A DNA stretch of 64,000 nucleotides from Sedimentisphaerales bacterium (GTDB lineage Bacteria; Planctomycetota; Phycisphaerae; Sedimentisphaerales; SM23-30): positions 64,001 to 128,000 of the forward strand of contig CAXXFK010000013.1 of assembly GCA_963663965.2 (NCBI GenBank). Reading direction: 5' to 3'. Positions within the stretch are counted from its first letter, which is position 1. Each line of letters opens with the position of its first letter. A model generated the notes under the pieces. That model ran no database searches and was not told the origin of the DNA. It saw only the letters and a program-made list of their open reading frames with translations. The position numbers and the translations under genes were made by a program. This document shows positions 27,776 through 38,918 of this stretch, piece after piece.

Positions 27776-30700
27776 ATGAAACGAAAACTGCTCAAATTTT
27801 CGATTCTGCTGCTTGTTCTCGCCCTGTTATTTTTCGGCGTGATCCAGGCTGTTCTTTGGAGCGATCTGCCGCGCCAGTGGGCCATCCGTATCATTCAGTC
27901 TCAACTGGGCATGGTGACCGATCTGCAAAACTTAACGATTGGTTGGAATGGCCATACCGAAATCAAGGGCTTGCGGCTGGGCTTACCCGTTGAAAATGAA
28001 CCGTTCCTTAAAATTGACACCATTTCAGTGCACCATAATTCTCTGGCTGGCTTGGCGCTTTCCCGTCAGGTTCAGATCCAGACAGTTAAGATCGATGGGG
28101 TGGACCTGTCATGCCGCCTCCAGAAAAACCAGCGCTGGAACCTCGTCGACGCGATCGATATGCTTAAGCCACTGCTGGCCGGAAATAGTAATCAAAGTCA
28201 TACCTCGCTCCCACAGGTTGTTCTGAACCAGGCCAATCTTACCGTCGTCGATTCCGAGGGTAACCCGCATCCAATTGGACCGGTACATTTTGAAGCCGAA
28301 TCAGACCCGGAGTTTCGTTGGCATTTCCAGGTTCAGGATGCGGAGCATACGATTGCCAGCGGATCGTTGGCATTGCCGCAGTTACAATCTCATGAACTGA
28401 CTTTTGACCTGAGTGGCTGGGATGAGGTACTCTCGGTGTTCGTACCGGATTGCCCCGGGCCTGTCAATATTCAAGGCCATTGGTCCGGTGCGTTCAATGC
28501 CAATAGGTTGCAAGGGGAGTTAACGCTGCAACAGGCCTGTCTGGGCCCATATCATGCCTCCGGGAATCTGTCCGTTGCGGTAATGTCTGATACAATCCTG
28601 GTGGAACCGAAAGATCTGACCGTAACGGATCCTGCCTTATCTGACCAACCGTTAGTTTTCACGGATGGAATGTTCCAATACCATGCCTCGCTAATCTCAA
28701 TGGAACAATTGCAGCTGACCCTGGGGGAGAATTTATTTGCTCTCAATGGCAGCTATCGGTTGGCGGATGCAACCCTGGCAATGGGGGGGACTTGGATTTT
28801 TAATCTGCCGGATGAAGAAATCAGCAATCATGCCACCTGGCAGGCAACTGCCACAGTGCCTCTGGCCGGGAAGAAGCAAGCCACCGTGGAAGTTACAATG
28901 TCCGGCCGAACTCCCCGGCAGCAAGCTAAAATTAATGCGCTTATCACCGCCCAGGCAGCGGATTGGCAACAAGCCGGCCTGCAAATAGCGTTAAATCATA
29001 TCGAATTATGTCAGGATAATGAATGGGTGTTTCCCAAACCCCTGACGATGGCAGCTCATGTTGATAACAAAGGGATCTATCTTGACAAGTTTGACTGGCC
29101 CCAGGCCCGCGACATGACGGTTCAGGGGCAATATCGCTTCAAACCCCAGGACTGGCAGATCACGATCGATGCCAATTCGCTTGACATACCCCATTGGCTC
29201 GAAGCCCCCGTTTCATTGGAAACCTCACTGGCCGGTTCTGGTTCTCAATTTAATATCGATAAGGCCCATGTCAATTATCGTGACTTGATTCTTGATTTGA
29301 ATGGCGAAGTTTCTTTAAAGGACATGCGCCTGGTTAACAGTTATCTCCAATTGCAGGAAACGATGGATCCCCTTCGTGCCTCACCGTTCCAGGCCTGGCA
29401 ATTTACCGGACAGTTGCAGGGTGATTTGGCCGGTTTCAATCTGAATGGGGACGGAGATTTAGTCGTTGACCAGATCAATCTGGGGGCTCAGCCGCTCGAT
29501 TCTCTGTTGATCCCGGTCAATGTCAGTACCCGGTTGAATTCAATTACCGTCGCGTCCAATTCCTTTGCCTTGCTGGAAGGCCGGTCCAGTATCAATGGTA
29601 ATTTTGATCTTCAACATGGCAATGGAGTATGTCAGGTCCAGTTTCGCGATATTTCTTTACCGCGATTATCTCAAATACTCGGTTCCGATCAGGTCCAATC
29701 CGGATTGTTTTCCGGCGGCCTGACCATTCAGGTACCCCAGTTCGATTGGCAAAAATTGACCGCCTCCGGGCATTGGGAACTGGCGAACCTGACTGCCAGG
29801 GCGCTCGATATCCAACAGGCCGGCGGCGCTATATCGATGAAAAACGGCCAGATTCTATTCGATCCGGTTATTTTACATAATCGCAACGGCGATGTGCGCG
29901 GAACGGTCGGTTACACGGTTAACCATAGTAAAAAGCTGGACCTGAATATAGACATGAGTCACTGGCCGGTGGAATTCGATCCCGATTTTCAGATCGAAGC
30001 GAATGGTTGTGCGGAGGTTTCCATTGATCTGGATCGTGATAATATCAACGGGAATGTTTTGCTTTCCGGCCCGGTTCACTGGCAGGGGCATTCCCTGGGT
30101 GAGTTAACCATTCATTCCGATATTGTTGATCGGGATATCCGGATTGCCTCGATAAATGGAGACCTGTTGGGGGGGGCAATCAACGGAAGCGCCGGCCTGC
30201 CTTTGGATAACTGGCAGAATTTCCAGGCCCAATTGAAATATCAGGATGCCCGGTTGGATCAATTGACACAATGGTATCCATCTCTGATTGGATTGACTGG
30301 CCGCCTGTCTTCTCAGATCAACATTGGTCCGGCACAAGGTGCCCATCCACTCGAACCGCTGACGGCGGTCATCTCTTCCAGTTCCGACGATGCGCGTTTT
30401 AAAAGTATTCAAATCGGTCCCGCCCTGATCTCCGCCCATATCGGGCCTGAACGGCTGGTAGTGGATACGTTCGATTGTCAGGTTATGAATGGATGGGTTC
30501 GTAATCGTGCCCGTTTGTCCCGGCATGCTGACCGATTATGGCTTTATCTTTCTTCCGATCTGGATCGATTGGATCTGGCCCAGTTGACTCAGACTCTGCA
30601 ACCGGAATCCAGACCGGTGGTCGGCCGGATCAGCGGTAAAAGCGTTTTAGTACTTACCACGGATCCAAACAGCATGTCCGGCCAGATCGATCTGAAAATC

Positions 30701-31129
30701 TCAGACTCTGACCTGATCAACTCAACGATTTTTACGGCGCTGTATAACGCGATGAACCTCAAAGGTCTCAGTGCGAAACCTCAAGGTGAAGGATCGTTAC
30801 GGTTGAATGTGAACGGTACCCGGGCTGAATTTACCAGCTTTTATTATTTTAACCATGGGATTGAAGTGCGGGGAACCGCGCGGATTGCCGATCTGACCCT
30901 GGGTATCAATAGCCCGATCGAAGGATTTGTATTTGGTACCAGTCGGCCGCTCAAAGACCTGCGTTTACCGGGAATCGAAGAACTCGATCAACTCATGACG
31001 TCTTTACAGAATTCGACTGCGGTGGTCAAAATCTCCGGAACAATGGGGCAGCCTGAAGTGTCAGTCATACCCTTCCCCGAGGTGAGTAATTCCATTCGTA
31101 AGCTGCTTTGGGGACAGCTGAAAGAATGA
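27776..31129 (+). CDS. AsmA/TamB-like membrane-anchored beta-rich periplasmic protein
   Basis: Single N-terminal TM helix, 1117 aa beta-strand-rich, RWNL motif, C-terminal KISGTMGQPEV typical of the AsmA-like C-terminus. Confidence 0.7.
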   Translation: MKRKLLKFSILLLVLALLFFGVIQAVLWSDLPRQWAIRIIQSQLGMVTDLQNLTIGWNGHTEIKGLRLGLPVENEPFLKIDTISVHHNSLAGLALSRQVQIQTVKIDGVDLSCRLQKNQRWNLVDAIDMLKPLLAGNSNQSHTSLPQVVLNQANLTVVDSEGNPHPIGPVHFEAESDPEFRWHFQVQDAEHTIASGSLALPQLQSHELTFDLSGWDEVLSVFVPDCPGPVNIQGHWSGAFNANRLQGELTLQQACLGPYHASGNLSVAVMSDTILVEPKDLTVTDPALSDQPLVFTDGMFQYHASLISMEQLQLTLGENLFALNGSYRLADATLAMGGTWIFNLPDEEISNHATWQATATVPLAGKKQATVEVTMSGRTPRQQAKINALITAQAADWQQAGLQIALNHIELCQDNEWVFPKPLTMAAHVDNKGIYLDKFDWPQARDMTVQGQYRFKPQDWQITIDANSLDIPHWLEAPVSLETSLAGSGSQFNIDKAHVNYRDLILDLNGEVSLKDMRLVNSYLQLQETMDPLRASPFQAWQFTGQLQGDLAGFNLNGDGDLVVDQINLGAQPLDSLLIPVNVSTRLNSITVASNSFALLEGRSSINGNFDLQHGNGVCQVQFRDISLPRLSQILGSDQVQSGLFSGGLTIQVPQFDWQKLTASGHWELANLTARALDIQQAGGAISMKNGQILFDPVILHNRNGDVRGTVGYTVNHSKKLDLNIDMSHWPVEFDPDFQIEANGCAEVSIDLDRDNINGNVLLSGPVHWQGHSLGELTIHSDIVDRDIRIASINGDLLGGAINGSAGLPLDNWQNFQAQLKYQDARLDQLTQWYPSLIGLTGRLSSQINIGPAQGAHPLEPLTAVISSSSDDARFKSIQIGPALISAHIGPERLVVDTFDCQVMNGWVRNRARLSRHADRLWLYLSSDLDRLDLAQLTQTLQPESRPVVGRISGKSVLVLTTDPNSMSGQIDLKISDSDLINSTIFTALYNAMNLKGLSAKPQGEGSLRLNVNGTRAEFTSFYYFNHGIEVRGTARIADLTLGINSPIEGFVFGTSRPLKDLRLPGIEELDQLMTSLQNSTAVVKISGTMGQPEVSVIPFPEVSNSIRKLLWGQLKE

Positions 31130-31158
31130 TCGCATAAAGCTGTTTAGCGACAGGCGGG

Positions 31159-32133
31159 TTATTCGGTTCTGTCCACAGTGACTTCCAGGCAAATCGTATT
31201 CTCATCGATCTGGATTTCTGTCTCCACCTCTGCCGGTATCAAAAAAGTATCCCCGGCCTGATATGTTGATGGGGGGGTATGGTCGCCGAGATAGGTCCCC
31301 TTGCCGGTAATAATAATATGGACTTTCATTTTACCGGATGGAATAACCGTCTGTTCACCAGTAGTCCATTGCCTCTTAACCACGTTGAATTCCTTTACAT
31401 TGACCAGAACGCCTTCGTCACGAACTGTCAAATCATCCGGCCCCAGATCGAACCGGACACTATCCAGTCCCTGTTCGATATGCAATTGCCGGGGTAGCCC
31501 GGTGGCGGCGTCAAGCCGGTTCCAGTCATAAAGTCGATAGGTGGTATCGGAGGGTTGCTGGATTTCAGCAATCAGCAATCCCGCTCCAATGGCGTGGCAG
31601 GTCCCCGATGGAATAAAATGGCATTCGCCGGGCCTTACAACCACCTTTTCCAGTAATGTTTCACAATTTCCGGACTCGATGGCCGCTTGCAATTGAGCGC
31701 GATCCACGCCTTTGACTAACCCTTTATAGATCGCGGCGCCCGGTTCGGCGTCGATAATATACCAGCATTCCGTCTTGGGCTGCCCGCACCCCATTCGACG
31801 GCAGGCGGTGGCGTCTGGATGGACCTGGACGCTTAAAACATCCCGTGCGTCAATAAATTTAATTAATAACGGAAAGGCTTCCGATAACTCGGGATACCCC
31901 ATAATTTGTTTGCCATAAACTTCCAGCATTTTATCGATGGACCATCCAGCCAGCGGGCCATTGGCAATAACCGTCTTATCTTCCGGCAGATCGCTCAATT
32001 CCCAGCTCTCGCCAATGACGGCGCCCGCCGGCAACGCCTTTCCGAATCGCTCGGCCAGTTTGCGGCCGCCCCAGATACGGGTTTTAAATAAAGGTTGACA
32101 TTTCAATGGATATAATTTTTCTCGTGGGGTCAT
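31159..32133 (-). CDS. manA: Mannose-6-phosphate isomerase class I
   Basis: RIWGG, GESWE, FPLLIKFIDA..LSVQVHP, KTECWY, HAIG, EIQQPSDTTYRLYDW; GGGAG before ATG 32133. Confidence 0.93.
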   Translation of the reverse strand: MTPREKLYPLKCQPLFKTRIWGGRKLAERFGKALPAGAVIGESWELSDLPEDKTVIANGPLAGWSIDKMLEVYGKQIMGYPELSEAFPLLIKFIDARDVLSVQVHPDATACRRMGCGQPKTECWYIIDAEPGAAIYKGLVKGVDRAQLQAAIESGNCETLLEKVVVRPGECHFIPSGTCHAIGAGLLIAEIQQPSDTTYRLYDWNRLDAATGLPRQLHIEQGLDSVRFDLGPDDLTVRDEGVLVNVKEFNVVKRQWTTGEQTVIPSGKMKVHIIITGKGTYLGDHTPPSTYQAGDTFLIPAEVETEIQIDENTICLEVTVDRTE

Positions 32134-32397
32134 CGGGTTCTCCCGGGGGTTTTGTCTGGATTTCATATTTCAACGGTAAGGCTGGACGCCATTATAATCC
32201 GGTGAAAATTTCATTCAATGGTTGTGATTGAAAATCACTATAAAAAAGCTCAAACAGCGCCTCAATGGTTGAAACGGATCCTTAGCTATCTTAACTTGCG
32301 GGCTATTTCGTTTTTTTAGTGACCCATACCGGAAAATCGGACACAGGTTGGCCTATAATGATATAGTTGATATTATGTCAGATTTAGAGGAATTATC

Positions 32398-34074
32398 ATG
32401 ACCACGATCAATCGTTACAGCCAACGGATCACCCAACCCAAATCACAGGGCGCCTCCCAGGCCATGTTATACGCGACCGGTTTGACCGATGCGGATATGG
32501 CCCGCGCTCAGGTCGGAATCGCCGCCATGTGGTATGAAGGCAACCCCTGCAATATGCACCTGAACGATCTGGCCGCCGCCGTCAAAACCGGCATTCAGGA
32601 ATCGGACCTGGTGGGCCTGCAATTTAATACCATTGGTGTCAGTGACGGCATCAGTATGGGCACCGATGGCATGAGTTACTCACTCCAATCGCGCGAGCTG
32701 ATTGCGGATTCCATCGAGACCGTCGTGGGCGCGCATTGGCTGGATGGCTGTGTCTGTATTCCGGGTTGCGATAAGAATATGCCCGGCTGCATGATCGCGC
32801 TGGCCCGTCTCAACCGGCCGGGCATCGTGATCTACGGCGGCACCATTCAACCTGGTAAACTGGATGGCAAACCATTGGATGTCGTATCGGCGTTTCAGTC
32901 GTATGGTGAATACATCGCCGGACGCATCGATGAATCGACCCGTCATAAAATCGTCCGGTGCAGTTGTCCCGGACCGGGCGCTTGCGGCGGCATGTATACC
33001 GCCAATACCATGGCCTCGGCCATCGAAGCCATGGGTATGAGTCTGCCGTTCAGTTCATCCACGCCCGCGGTCGATCCGGCCAAACGCGATGAATGCCACT
33101 CGGTGGGCCGGGCCATGCGGTTGTTACTGGAGCGCGATATCAAGCCGCGCGATATCATGACCCGCGCCGCCTTCGAAAATGCCCTGGTGGTCGTCATGGC
33201 GCTGGGCGGCTCTACCAATGCCGTCCTGCATCTGCTGGCCATGGCGCGCGCCGCGGATATCACCTTAACCCTGGATGATATCCAGGCGGTGAGTGATCGT
33301 ATCCCGGTTTTGGGCGATATGAAACCCAGCGGCCGGTATGTTCAGGAAGATTTGCATCATGTCGGCGGTTTGCCGGCCGTCATGCGTCTGCTGCTGGCCA
33401 AAGGCCTGTTAAATGGCGACTGCCTCACCGTTACCGGCCGGACCTTACAGGAAAATCTGGAGCAGGCCGCCGATTTGAAACCCGGCCAGCAGGTGATCCT
33501 GCCCCTGGAACACCCGGTAAAAGCCACCGGTCATATCCAGATCCTGCGGGGCAATCTGGCCCCGGACGGCGCCGTCGCCAAAATCAGCGGGAAGGAAGGC
33601 CAGCGGTTTTCCGGCCCGGCCAAAGTCTTCGATAGCGAAGAAGCCATGCTGGCCGCGTTGGAAACCGGTCAGATACACAAAGGCGATGTTGTCGTGATCC
33701 GCTACGAAGGCCCCAAGGGAGGCCCCGGTATGCCCGAAATGTTAACGCCCACTTCGGCGATCATGGGGGCCGGCCTGGGCAAAGACGTGGCGCTCCTGAC
33801 CGATGGCCGGTTCTCCGGCGGCAGCCACGGATTCATCGTCGGCCATATCACGCCCGAAGCCCAGGAGGGCGGACCCATCGCGCTCATTCAGGATGGCGAC
33901 ACCATCACCATCGACGCCACCCGCAATGCGATCGAGGTGGATCTCACTGAGGCGGAACTGTCACGCCGTCAGAACCAATGGACCATGCCGCCCTACAAGG
34001 CCAGTTGCGGTACCTTGTACAAGTTTATTAAAAATGTCGCTTCGGCATCCGAGGGCTGTGTAACCGACCGCTAA
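32398..34074 (+). CDS. ilvD: Dihydroxy-acid dehydratase
   Basis: [35 protein letters not shown]. Confidence 0.98.
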   Translation: MTTINRYSQRITQPKSQGASQAMLYATGLTDADMARAQVGIAAMWYEGNPCNMHLNDLAAAVKTGIQESDLVGLQFNTIGVSDGISMGTDGMSYSLQSRELIADSIETVVGAHWLDGCVCIPGCDKNMPGCMIALARLNRPGIVIYGGTIQPGKLDGKPLDVVSAFQSYGEYIAGRIDESTRHKIVRCSCPGPGACGGMYTANTMASAIEAMGMSLPFSSSTPAVDPAKRDECHSVGRAMRLLLERDIKPRDIMTRAAFENALVVVMALGGSTNAVLHLLAMARAADITLTLDDIQAVSDRIPVLGDMKPSGRYVQEDLHHVGGLPAVMRLLLAKGLLNGDCLTVTGRTLQENLEQAADLKPGQQVILPLEHPVKATGHIQILRGNLAPDGAVAKISGKEGQRFSGPAKVFDSEEAMLAALETGQIHKGDVVVIRYEGPKGGPGMPEMLTPTSAIMGAGLGKDVALLTDGRFSGGSHGFIVGHITPEAQEGGPIALIQDGDTITIDATRNAIEVDLTEAELSRRQNQWTMPPYKASCGTLYKFIKNVASASEGCVTDR

Positions 34075-35291
34075 TCTCTGGTTGCTTTGATGTCAACAGC
34101 AGATATCTCGATCATCCTGAAGGTTTTCCTGGCAGGATCAACCAGGAATTTATTGGGACAGAAACCCTGCGTCACTTGAGGATCTTTCTTCTCAAAATAG
34201 CTGGGATCCAGACACTCCTGTTCTGAAGCCACCGGCTTGAGCAGGTTGCCATCATCGGAAAATATCCAGAGACGATCGGTATTGATTTCCTGAATAAACG
34301 ATTCCGGCGTGAATTGTTCCGGCAAAGCCGGGCTTGCCAGGGGCGTCAGCTGCCCACTTGGAATGTGAAAGCGATACAGGGCAAAATCCTGCGAGCCGTC
34401 CGGTGGCCCGGCAATAATCATTAACGCGTCTTTCTCAGGGATAAACTCGATCGCCCGGATACCCCGCTTATCCAGATCCAGCAGGATGGGTTGGCCCAAT
34501 ACCGCCGATTGCTCGGATTGGATCATATCCTGGATATTATGTATGGATATCAGAATCGCTTTTTTGCGGCCATCGACCGGATCCCGGTATAACGGATTGC
34601 GCAACCCAATCACCAGCTGGTTGCGCCCGGGGATATAAGCCAACCCTTCGATATTCAGGCCGTCTTTTTTCGGGGCAAGCTTCTCGCGTTCTTTTTTCGA
34701 CAGACGACTGTCGTCCGCCGGCCCAATGGCTTTATCCAGCTGCAGAAAACTCAAGATCGGCGCCGTGCCCAGATCGGTCAACAGCCGGGTATAGGGCTTT
34801 CCGGTTGGGGTTAATACCGGCGTGGCCGTGGCTGCTCCCTGGCCCGGCTCCGGCCGGCCGGCGATCTCCAGGGCAAAGATCCGGCAGCGGCTTTCCCGTC
34901 GCCGCCCGTTTTTATTGCGACCATGTGAAGTGATCCACCAGCTGAGGTTCTGATACCGGCAGGCGCCTTCAATATCGGATTCGGGCTCTTCCGGATCGAC
35001 GTTCAAAAATTCGCTCAGATCCAGCTCCGCCACCGGCCCCGACTGATCGATTCGATAACTCCGAATCCTATTACTCTCATCGCTGGTCGCGGCAAAAGTC
35101 ATGGCCCCCAACGGTATCACCGCCGACACATCGCTGAACTGGCGATATTCCCGCACCGCCGCCAACGCCGGCGAACAGGCCAGAGTCGCCGTCAGGCAGA
35201 GTACCGCACTGAGAAGGGCAGCGACGGATAACGGCCCGGTTTTCACTGATCCCGCCGGATGCCGATAAAAATAATGATTTTCGGTAAACAT
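34071..35291 (-). CDS. Secreted DUF3616-like beta-propeller protein
   Basis: Signal-like N-terminus; [29 protein letters not shown] motifs. Confidence 0.75.
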   Translation of the reverse strand: MFTENHYFYRHPAGSVKTGPLSVAALLSAVLCLTATLACSPALAAVREYRQFSDVSAVIPLGAMTFAATSDESNRIRSYRIDQSGPVAELDLSEFLNVDPEEPESDIEGACRYQNLSWWITSHGRNKNGRRRESRCRIFALEIAGRPEPGQGAATATPVLTPTGKPYTRLLTDLGTAPILSFLQLDKAIGPADDSRLSKKEREKLAPKKDGLNIEGLAYIPGRNQLVIGLRNPLYRDPVDGRKKAILISIHNIQDMIQSEQSAVLGQPILLDLDKRGIRAIEFIPEKDALMIIAGPPDGSQDFALYRFHIPSGQLTPLASPALPEQFTPESFIQEINTDRLWIFSDDGNLLKPVASEQECLDPSYFEKKDPQVTQGFCPNKFLVDPARKTFRMIEISAVDIKATRD

Positions 35292-35461
35292 ACCTCATTC
35301 CTGGGTCTGGTCGTTACTGAGTTTATTAGGCGCTCTCAAAAATAGCGCTATTACATTAACGGCTTCTATCGACCTTTTATTTCCCATCTACCCTGTCTCC
35401 CAAATAAATGACCGGCATTACCGATATCTCATAACCGATGGAAAACTCCCGCCCAATCGCC

Positions 35462-35489
35462 GTAGAGACGCAATGCATTGCGTCTCTAC
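35462..35489. repeat. GTAG-type REP palindrome
   Basis: Perfect 28-bp palindrome GTAGAGACGCAATG-CATTGCGTCTCTAC. Confidence 0.8.
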
Positions 35490-35532
35490 AGAATGCCAGA
35501 CACCATACGTTATCCTCCATACAATGGAATTA

Positions 35533-38500
35533 CTAATTCTCCAGCCAATAGGCTACAACCTCCATCAGATCATCCATCCCAAGCGCATCCAGCCATTCCG
35601 CCGATACTGCCGCGTAATCTTCCATATCCACACCATAACTCCCCGTCGTATCCCCGGGTATATCCCGCTGCCACCAGAGCATGGGATAGCCCGTTGCTTG
35701 ATAGGGCATATGCCAGGTATTATCAAAATCCCAACCTGCATTGAGAAACGTATTCACATCTTGCATCTCGGCGGTGGATTTACCAGTACCGCCATCACTA
35801 ATTAACCATCCGGAAGTTTCTGTATCCCAAAAACAGTTACTGATAGTACCAGCATATTTATATCCTACCAGCCCCCCGACATTATTGCCGCTACCAGTAA
35901 CCTCTCCGGTGGCATAACTACAATTGATTGTGCCAGAAGAATTATTATATACAACATTCCAACCCACCAATCCGCCGATATATTCAGTACCAGCAACTGC
36001 TCCGTTAGCATAGCTGCTACTGATTTTTCCAGAATTAATCCCCACCAAACCACCCAAACGAATATCACCATAAACAAGTCCAGTGGCATAACTGCAATTG
36101 ATAGTGCCAGAATTAATCCCTATTAGCCCCCCGACAACTTCAGTACCAGTAACCGCTCCGTTAGCATAACTGTAGCTGATAGTGCCAGAATTCCAACCCA
36201 CTAACCCACCGACATTATCATAGCCATTAACTTTCTCGGTGGCATAACTGTAGCTGATAGTGCCAGAATTCCAACCCACTAACCCACCGACATTATCATA
36301 GCCATTAACTTCCTCGGTGGTATAACTGTAGCTGATAGTACCAGAATTCCAACCCACTAACCCACCGACATTATCATAGCCATTAACCGCTCCGATGGAA
36401 TAGCTTGTGTTAATTGTGCCATAATAATTTTTACCTACCATTCCGCCGACGAAACTACCCCCACCAATATCATTATTTATTAATGCCAGATTATTTATCG
36501 AGCCATACAATGTGCTGAAAAGACCTATATTGTCTAAATTTGCCGCTATGGTCAGATTGGAGATGCTATGGCCGTTGCCGTTGAATATCCCATTAAAGGT
36601 TTCTGGAATAAACGCTTCCGTATAGGTTGTTCCGGTGAGATCTATGTCATTTTCCATACGGTAATAGCCAATGCGCAAGGTCGAATTATTTCTGAATTCC
36701 AGGATATCTTCAATGCTGGCAATAATAAAAGGATCATCCGCATAACCTGTACCACTCAGTGTGGTAGCGATATGATGTAAAGGTGGTTCAAGACCAGGTG
36801 CTTCCTGCCAGGTGAGTCTGGGCATATGACCCGCTTCAATAGTCCAGTAATCATTTGTGCCGTCAGAGCCATTACCAGCGAAGTCAAAACCAATAAAACT
36901 CTGCTGATCAACAATTTGACTATCATCCAGAGCCGTTCCATAACCATTATTCGGCCCGCCAAATAGATAAAAATAACTTGCGCTAGTTGTACCCCCAAAG
37001 GTCAACCCACCAACATTGTTGCTACCAGTAACCATCCCGGCAGCATAACTACTACTAATCGTGCTACGATAATTATTTCCTATCAGTCCACCGATATAAT
37101 CGCCACTACCAGTAACATTTCCAGTAGCATAGCTATTGCTAATTTCATTATAACCATAATCGCTACCGCCCACCAATCCACCGACAAGATTATTACCATA
37201 AACAGATCCAGTGGCATAACTACTGCTAATTACACCTCCATCACCCGCCAATCCGCCGACATGAGTCCAACCATTAACCGGCCCAGTGGTATAGCTGCTG
37301 CTAATTACGCCACCATACCCCGCCAATCCACCTACATAACTAATACCAATAGCTGCCCCAATGGTATGACAATTGCTGATTACACCGACATTACCAATTA
37401 GCCCACCCACGTAATAACTACCATTAACAGTACCGGTGGTGTAACAATTGCTGATTTTGTAAGCATCACCCGCCAGTCCACCCACATAGTTACTACCATT
37501 AACAGTGCCAGTAGTATAACTATTACTGATTATGCTATAATTACTATAACCTACCATTCCGCCGACGAAACTACCCCCACCAATATCATTATTTATTAAT
37601 GCCAGATTATTTATCGAGCCATACAATGTGCTGAAAAGACCTATATTGTCTAAATTTGCCGCTATGGTCAGATTGGAGATGCTATGGCCGTTGCCGTTGA
37701 ATATCCCATTAAAGGTTTCTGGAATAAACGCTTCCGTATAGGTTGTTCCGGTGAGATCTATGTCATTTTCCATACGGTAATAGCCAATGCGCAAGGTCGA
37801 ATTATTTCTGAATTCCAGGATATCTTCAATGCTGGCAATAATAAAAGGATCATCCGCATAACCTGTACCACTCAGTGTGGTAGCGATATGATGTAAAGGT
37901 GGTTCAAGACCAGGTGCTTCCTGCCAGGTGAGTCTGGGCATATGACCCGCTTCAATAGTCCAGTAATCATTTGTGCCGTCAGAGCTATTACCAGCGAAGT
38001 CAAAACCAATAAAACTCTGCTGATCAACAATTTGACTATCATCCAGAGCCGTTCCATAACCATTATTCGGCCCGCCAAATAGATAAAAATAACTATAACT
38101 GATGGTACCGCGATAGCTAGATCCCACCAACCCGCCAATATTCAAGCCATTACCAAAAACTTTCACGGTGGAATAACTTACACTGATTGTGCCATAATCA
38201 TTAAATCCCACTAGCCCACCGACACTACTATAGCCATTAGTTGTTCCGGAGGTATAACTATTACTGATTGTGCCATAATTATTGTATCCTATCAATCCAC
38301 CGACAAGATTGTGGCCAAAAATATTCACGGATATCAGACTAAGGTTGTTTATCACAGCAGCAGAAGTAGTATATCCAATCAGCCCAATATAATCTCTGCT
38401 AGTGCCATTAATAGTCAGATTACTAACTATGTGGCCATTACCATTAAATTTGCCATTAAATTGAGTCCCAGTAAAACCACTATTCGTATTGATATCCGGG

Positions 38501-38727
38501 GCGATGACTGCACGGGTGAAAGTATAACCAGCCAAGTCGATATTGGCGGTTAAAATGAAGAATTTGCTGTAATGAGTAGTAGTCTTACCCAGATTGATCA
38601 AATCCGTAGCAGTAGCTATCTGATAGGGATCGGATTCAGTACCAGAACCCCCGGAATACTGCCCCAATAGACACCCACCATCAATCAAAATAACAATCAC
38701 CATCAAAACAACCGCATTTTTAACCAT
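35533..38727 (-). CDS. Secreted GLUG-motif repeat protein with C-terminal dockerin-like tag
   Basis: YSGGSGTESDPYQI, many VGGLVG repeats, FLNAGWDF..W....GYP, GDTTGSYGVDMEDYAAVSAEWL. Confidence 0.9.
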   Translation of the reverse strand: MVKNAVVLMVIVILIDGGCLLGQYSGGSGTESDPYQIATATDLINLGKTTTHYSKFFILTANIDLAGYTFTRAVIAPDINTNSGFTGTQFNGKFNGNGHIVSNLTINGTSRDYIGLIGYTTSAAVINNLSLISVNIFGHNLVGGLIGYNNYGTISNSYTSGTTNGYSSVGGLVGFNDYGTISVSYSTVKVFGNGLNIGGLVGSSYRGTISYSYFYLFGGPNNGYGTALDDSQIVDQQSFIGFDFAGNSSDGTNDYWTIEAGHMPRLTWQEAPGLEPPLHHIATTLSGTGYADDPFIIASIEDILEFRNNSTLRIGYYRMENDIDLTGTTYTEAFIPETFNGIFNGNGHSISNLTIAANLDNIGLFSTLYGSINNLALINNDIGGGSFVGGMVGYSNYSIISNSYTTGTVNGSNYVGGLAGDAYKISNCYTTGTVNGSYYVGGLIGNVGVISNCHTIGAAIGISYVGGLAGYGGVISSSYTTGPVNGWTHVGGLAGDGGVISSSYATGSVYGNNLVGGLVGGSDYGYNEISNSYATGNVTGSGDYIGGLIGNNYRSTISSSYAAGMVTGSNNVGGLTFGGTTSASYFYLFGGPNNGYGTALDDSQIVDQQSFIGFDFAGNGSDGTNDYWTIEAGHMPRLTWQEAPGLEPPLHHIATTLSGTGYADDPFIIASIEDILEFRNNSTLRIGYYRMENDIDLTGTTYTEAFIPETFNGIFNGNGHSISNLTIAANLDNIGLFSTLYGSINNLALINNDIGGGSFVGGMVGKNYYGTINTSYSIGAVNGYDNVGGLVGWNSGTISYSYTTEEVNGYDNVGGLVGWNSGTISYSYATEKVNGYDNVGGLVGWNSGTISYSYANGAVTGTEVVGGLIGINSGTINCSYATGLVYGDIRLGGLVGINSGKISSSYANGAVAGTEYIGGLVGWNVVYNNSSGTINCSYATGEVTGSGNNVGGLVGYKYAGTISNCFWDTETSGWLISDGGTGKSTAEMQDVNTFLNAGWDFDNTWHMPYQATGYPMLWWQRDIPGDTTGSYGVDMEDYAAVSAEWLDALGMDDLMEVVAYWLEN
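36166..36387. repeat. Three tandem 78-bp intragenic repeats (26-aa GLUG unit)
   Basis: VNGYDNVGGLVGWNSGTISYSY x3, near-identical at DNA level. Confidence 0.9.
36433..38094. repeat. ~546-bp near-identical direct repeat (36433-36978 and 37549-38094)
   Basis: Offset 1116 bp; identical shadow ORFs at 36568 and 37684; one substitution noticed (GNGSDG vs GNSSDG). Confidence 0.95.
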
Positions 38728-38918
38728 GATCCAGCTCCTAAATGTTTAAATAGATAAGTTATTCCTACAAACTACCCAAATTGCATTGATTGCAGCTATT
38801 TCATTATAATCATATCAGAAGGAAAAAACAATCGTGGCAACTACGGTATCATTGCATTTTATAACCTCCTGTTCTGGGGGTAGATGAGTCTGTCCGGCTT
38901 GATAAATCGAATAGGCAG

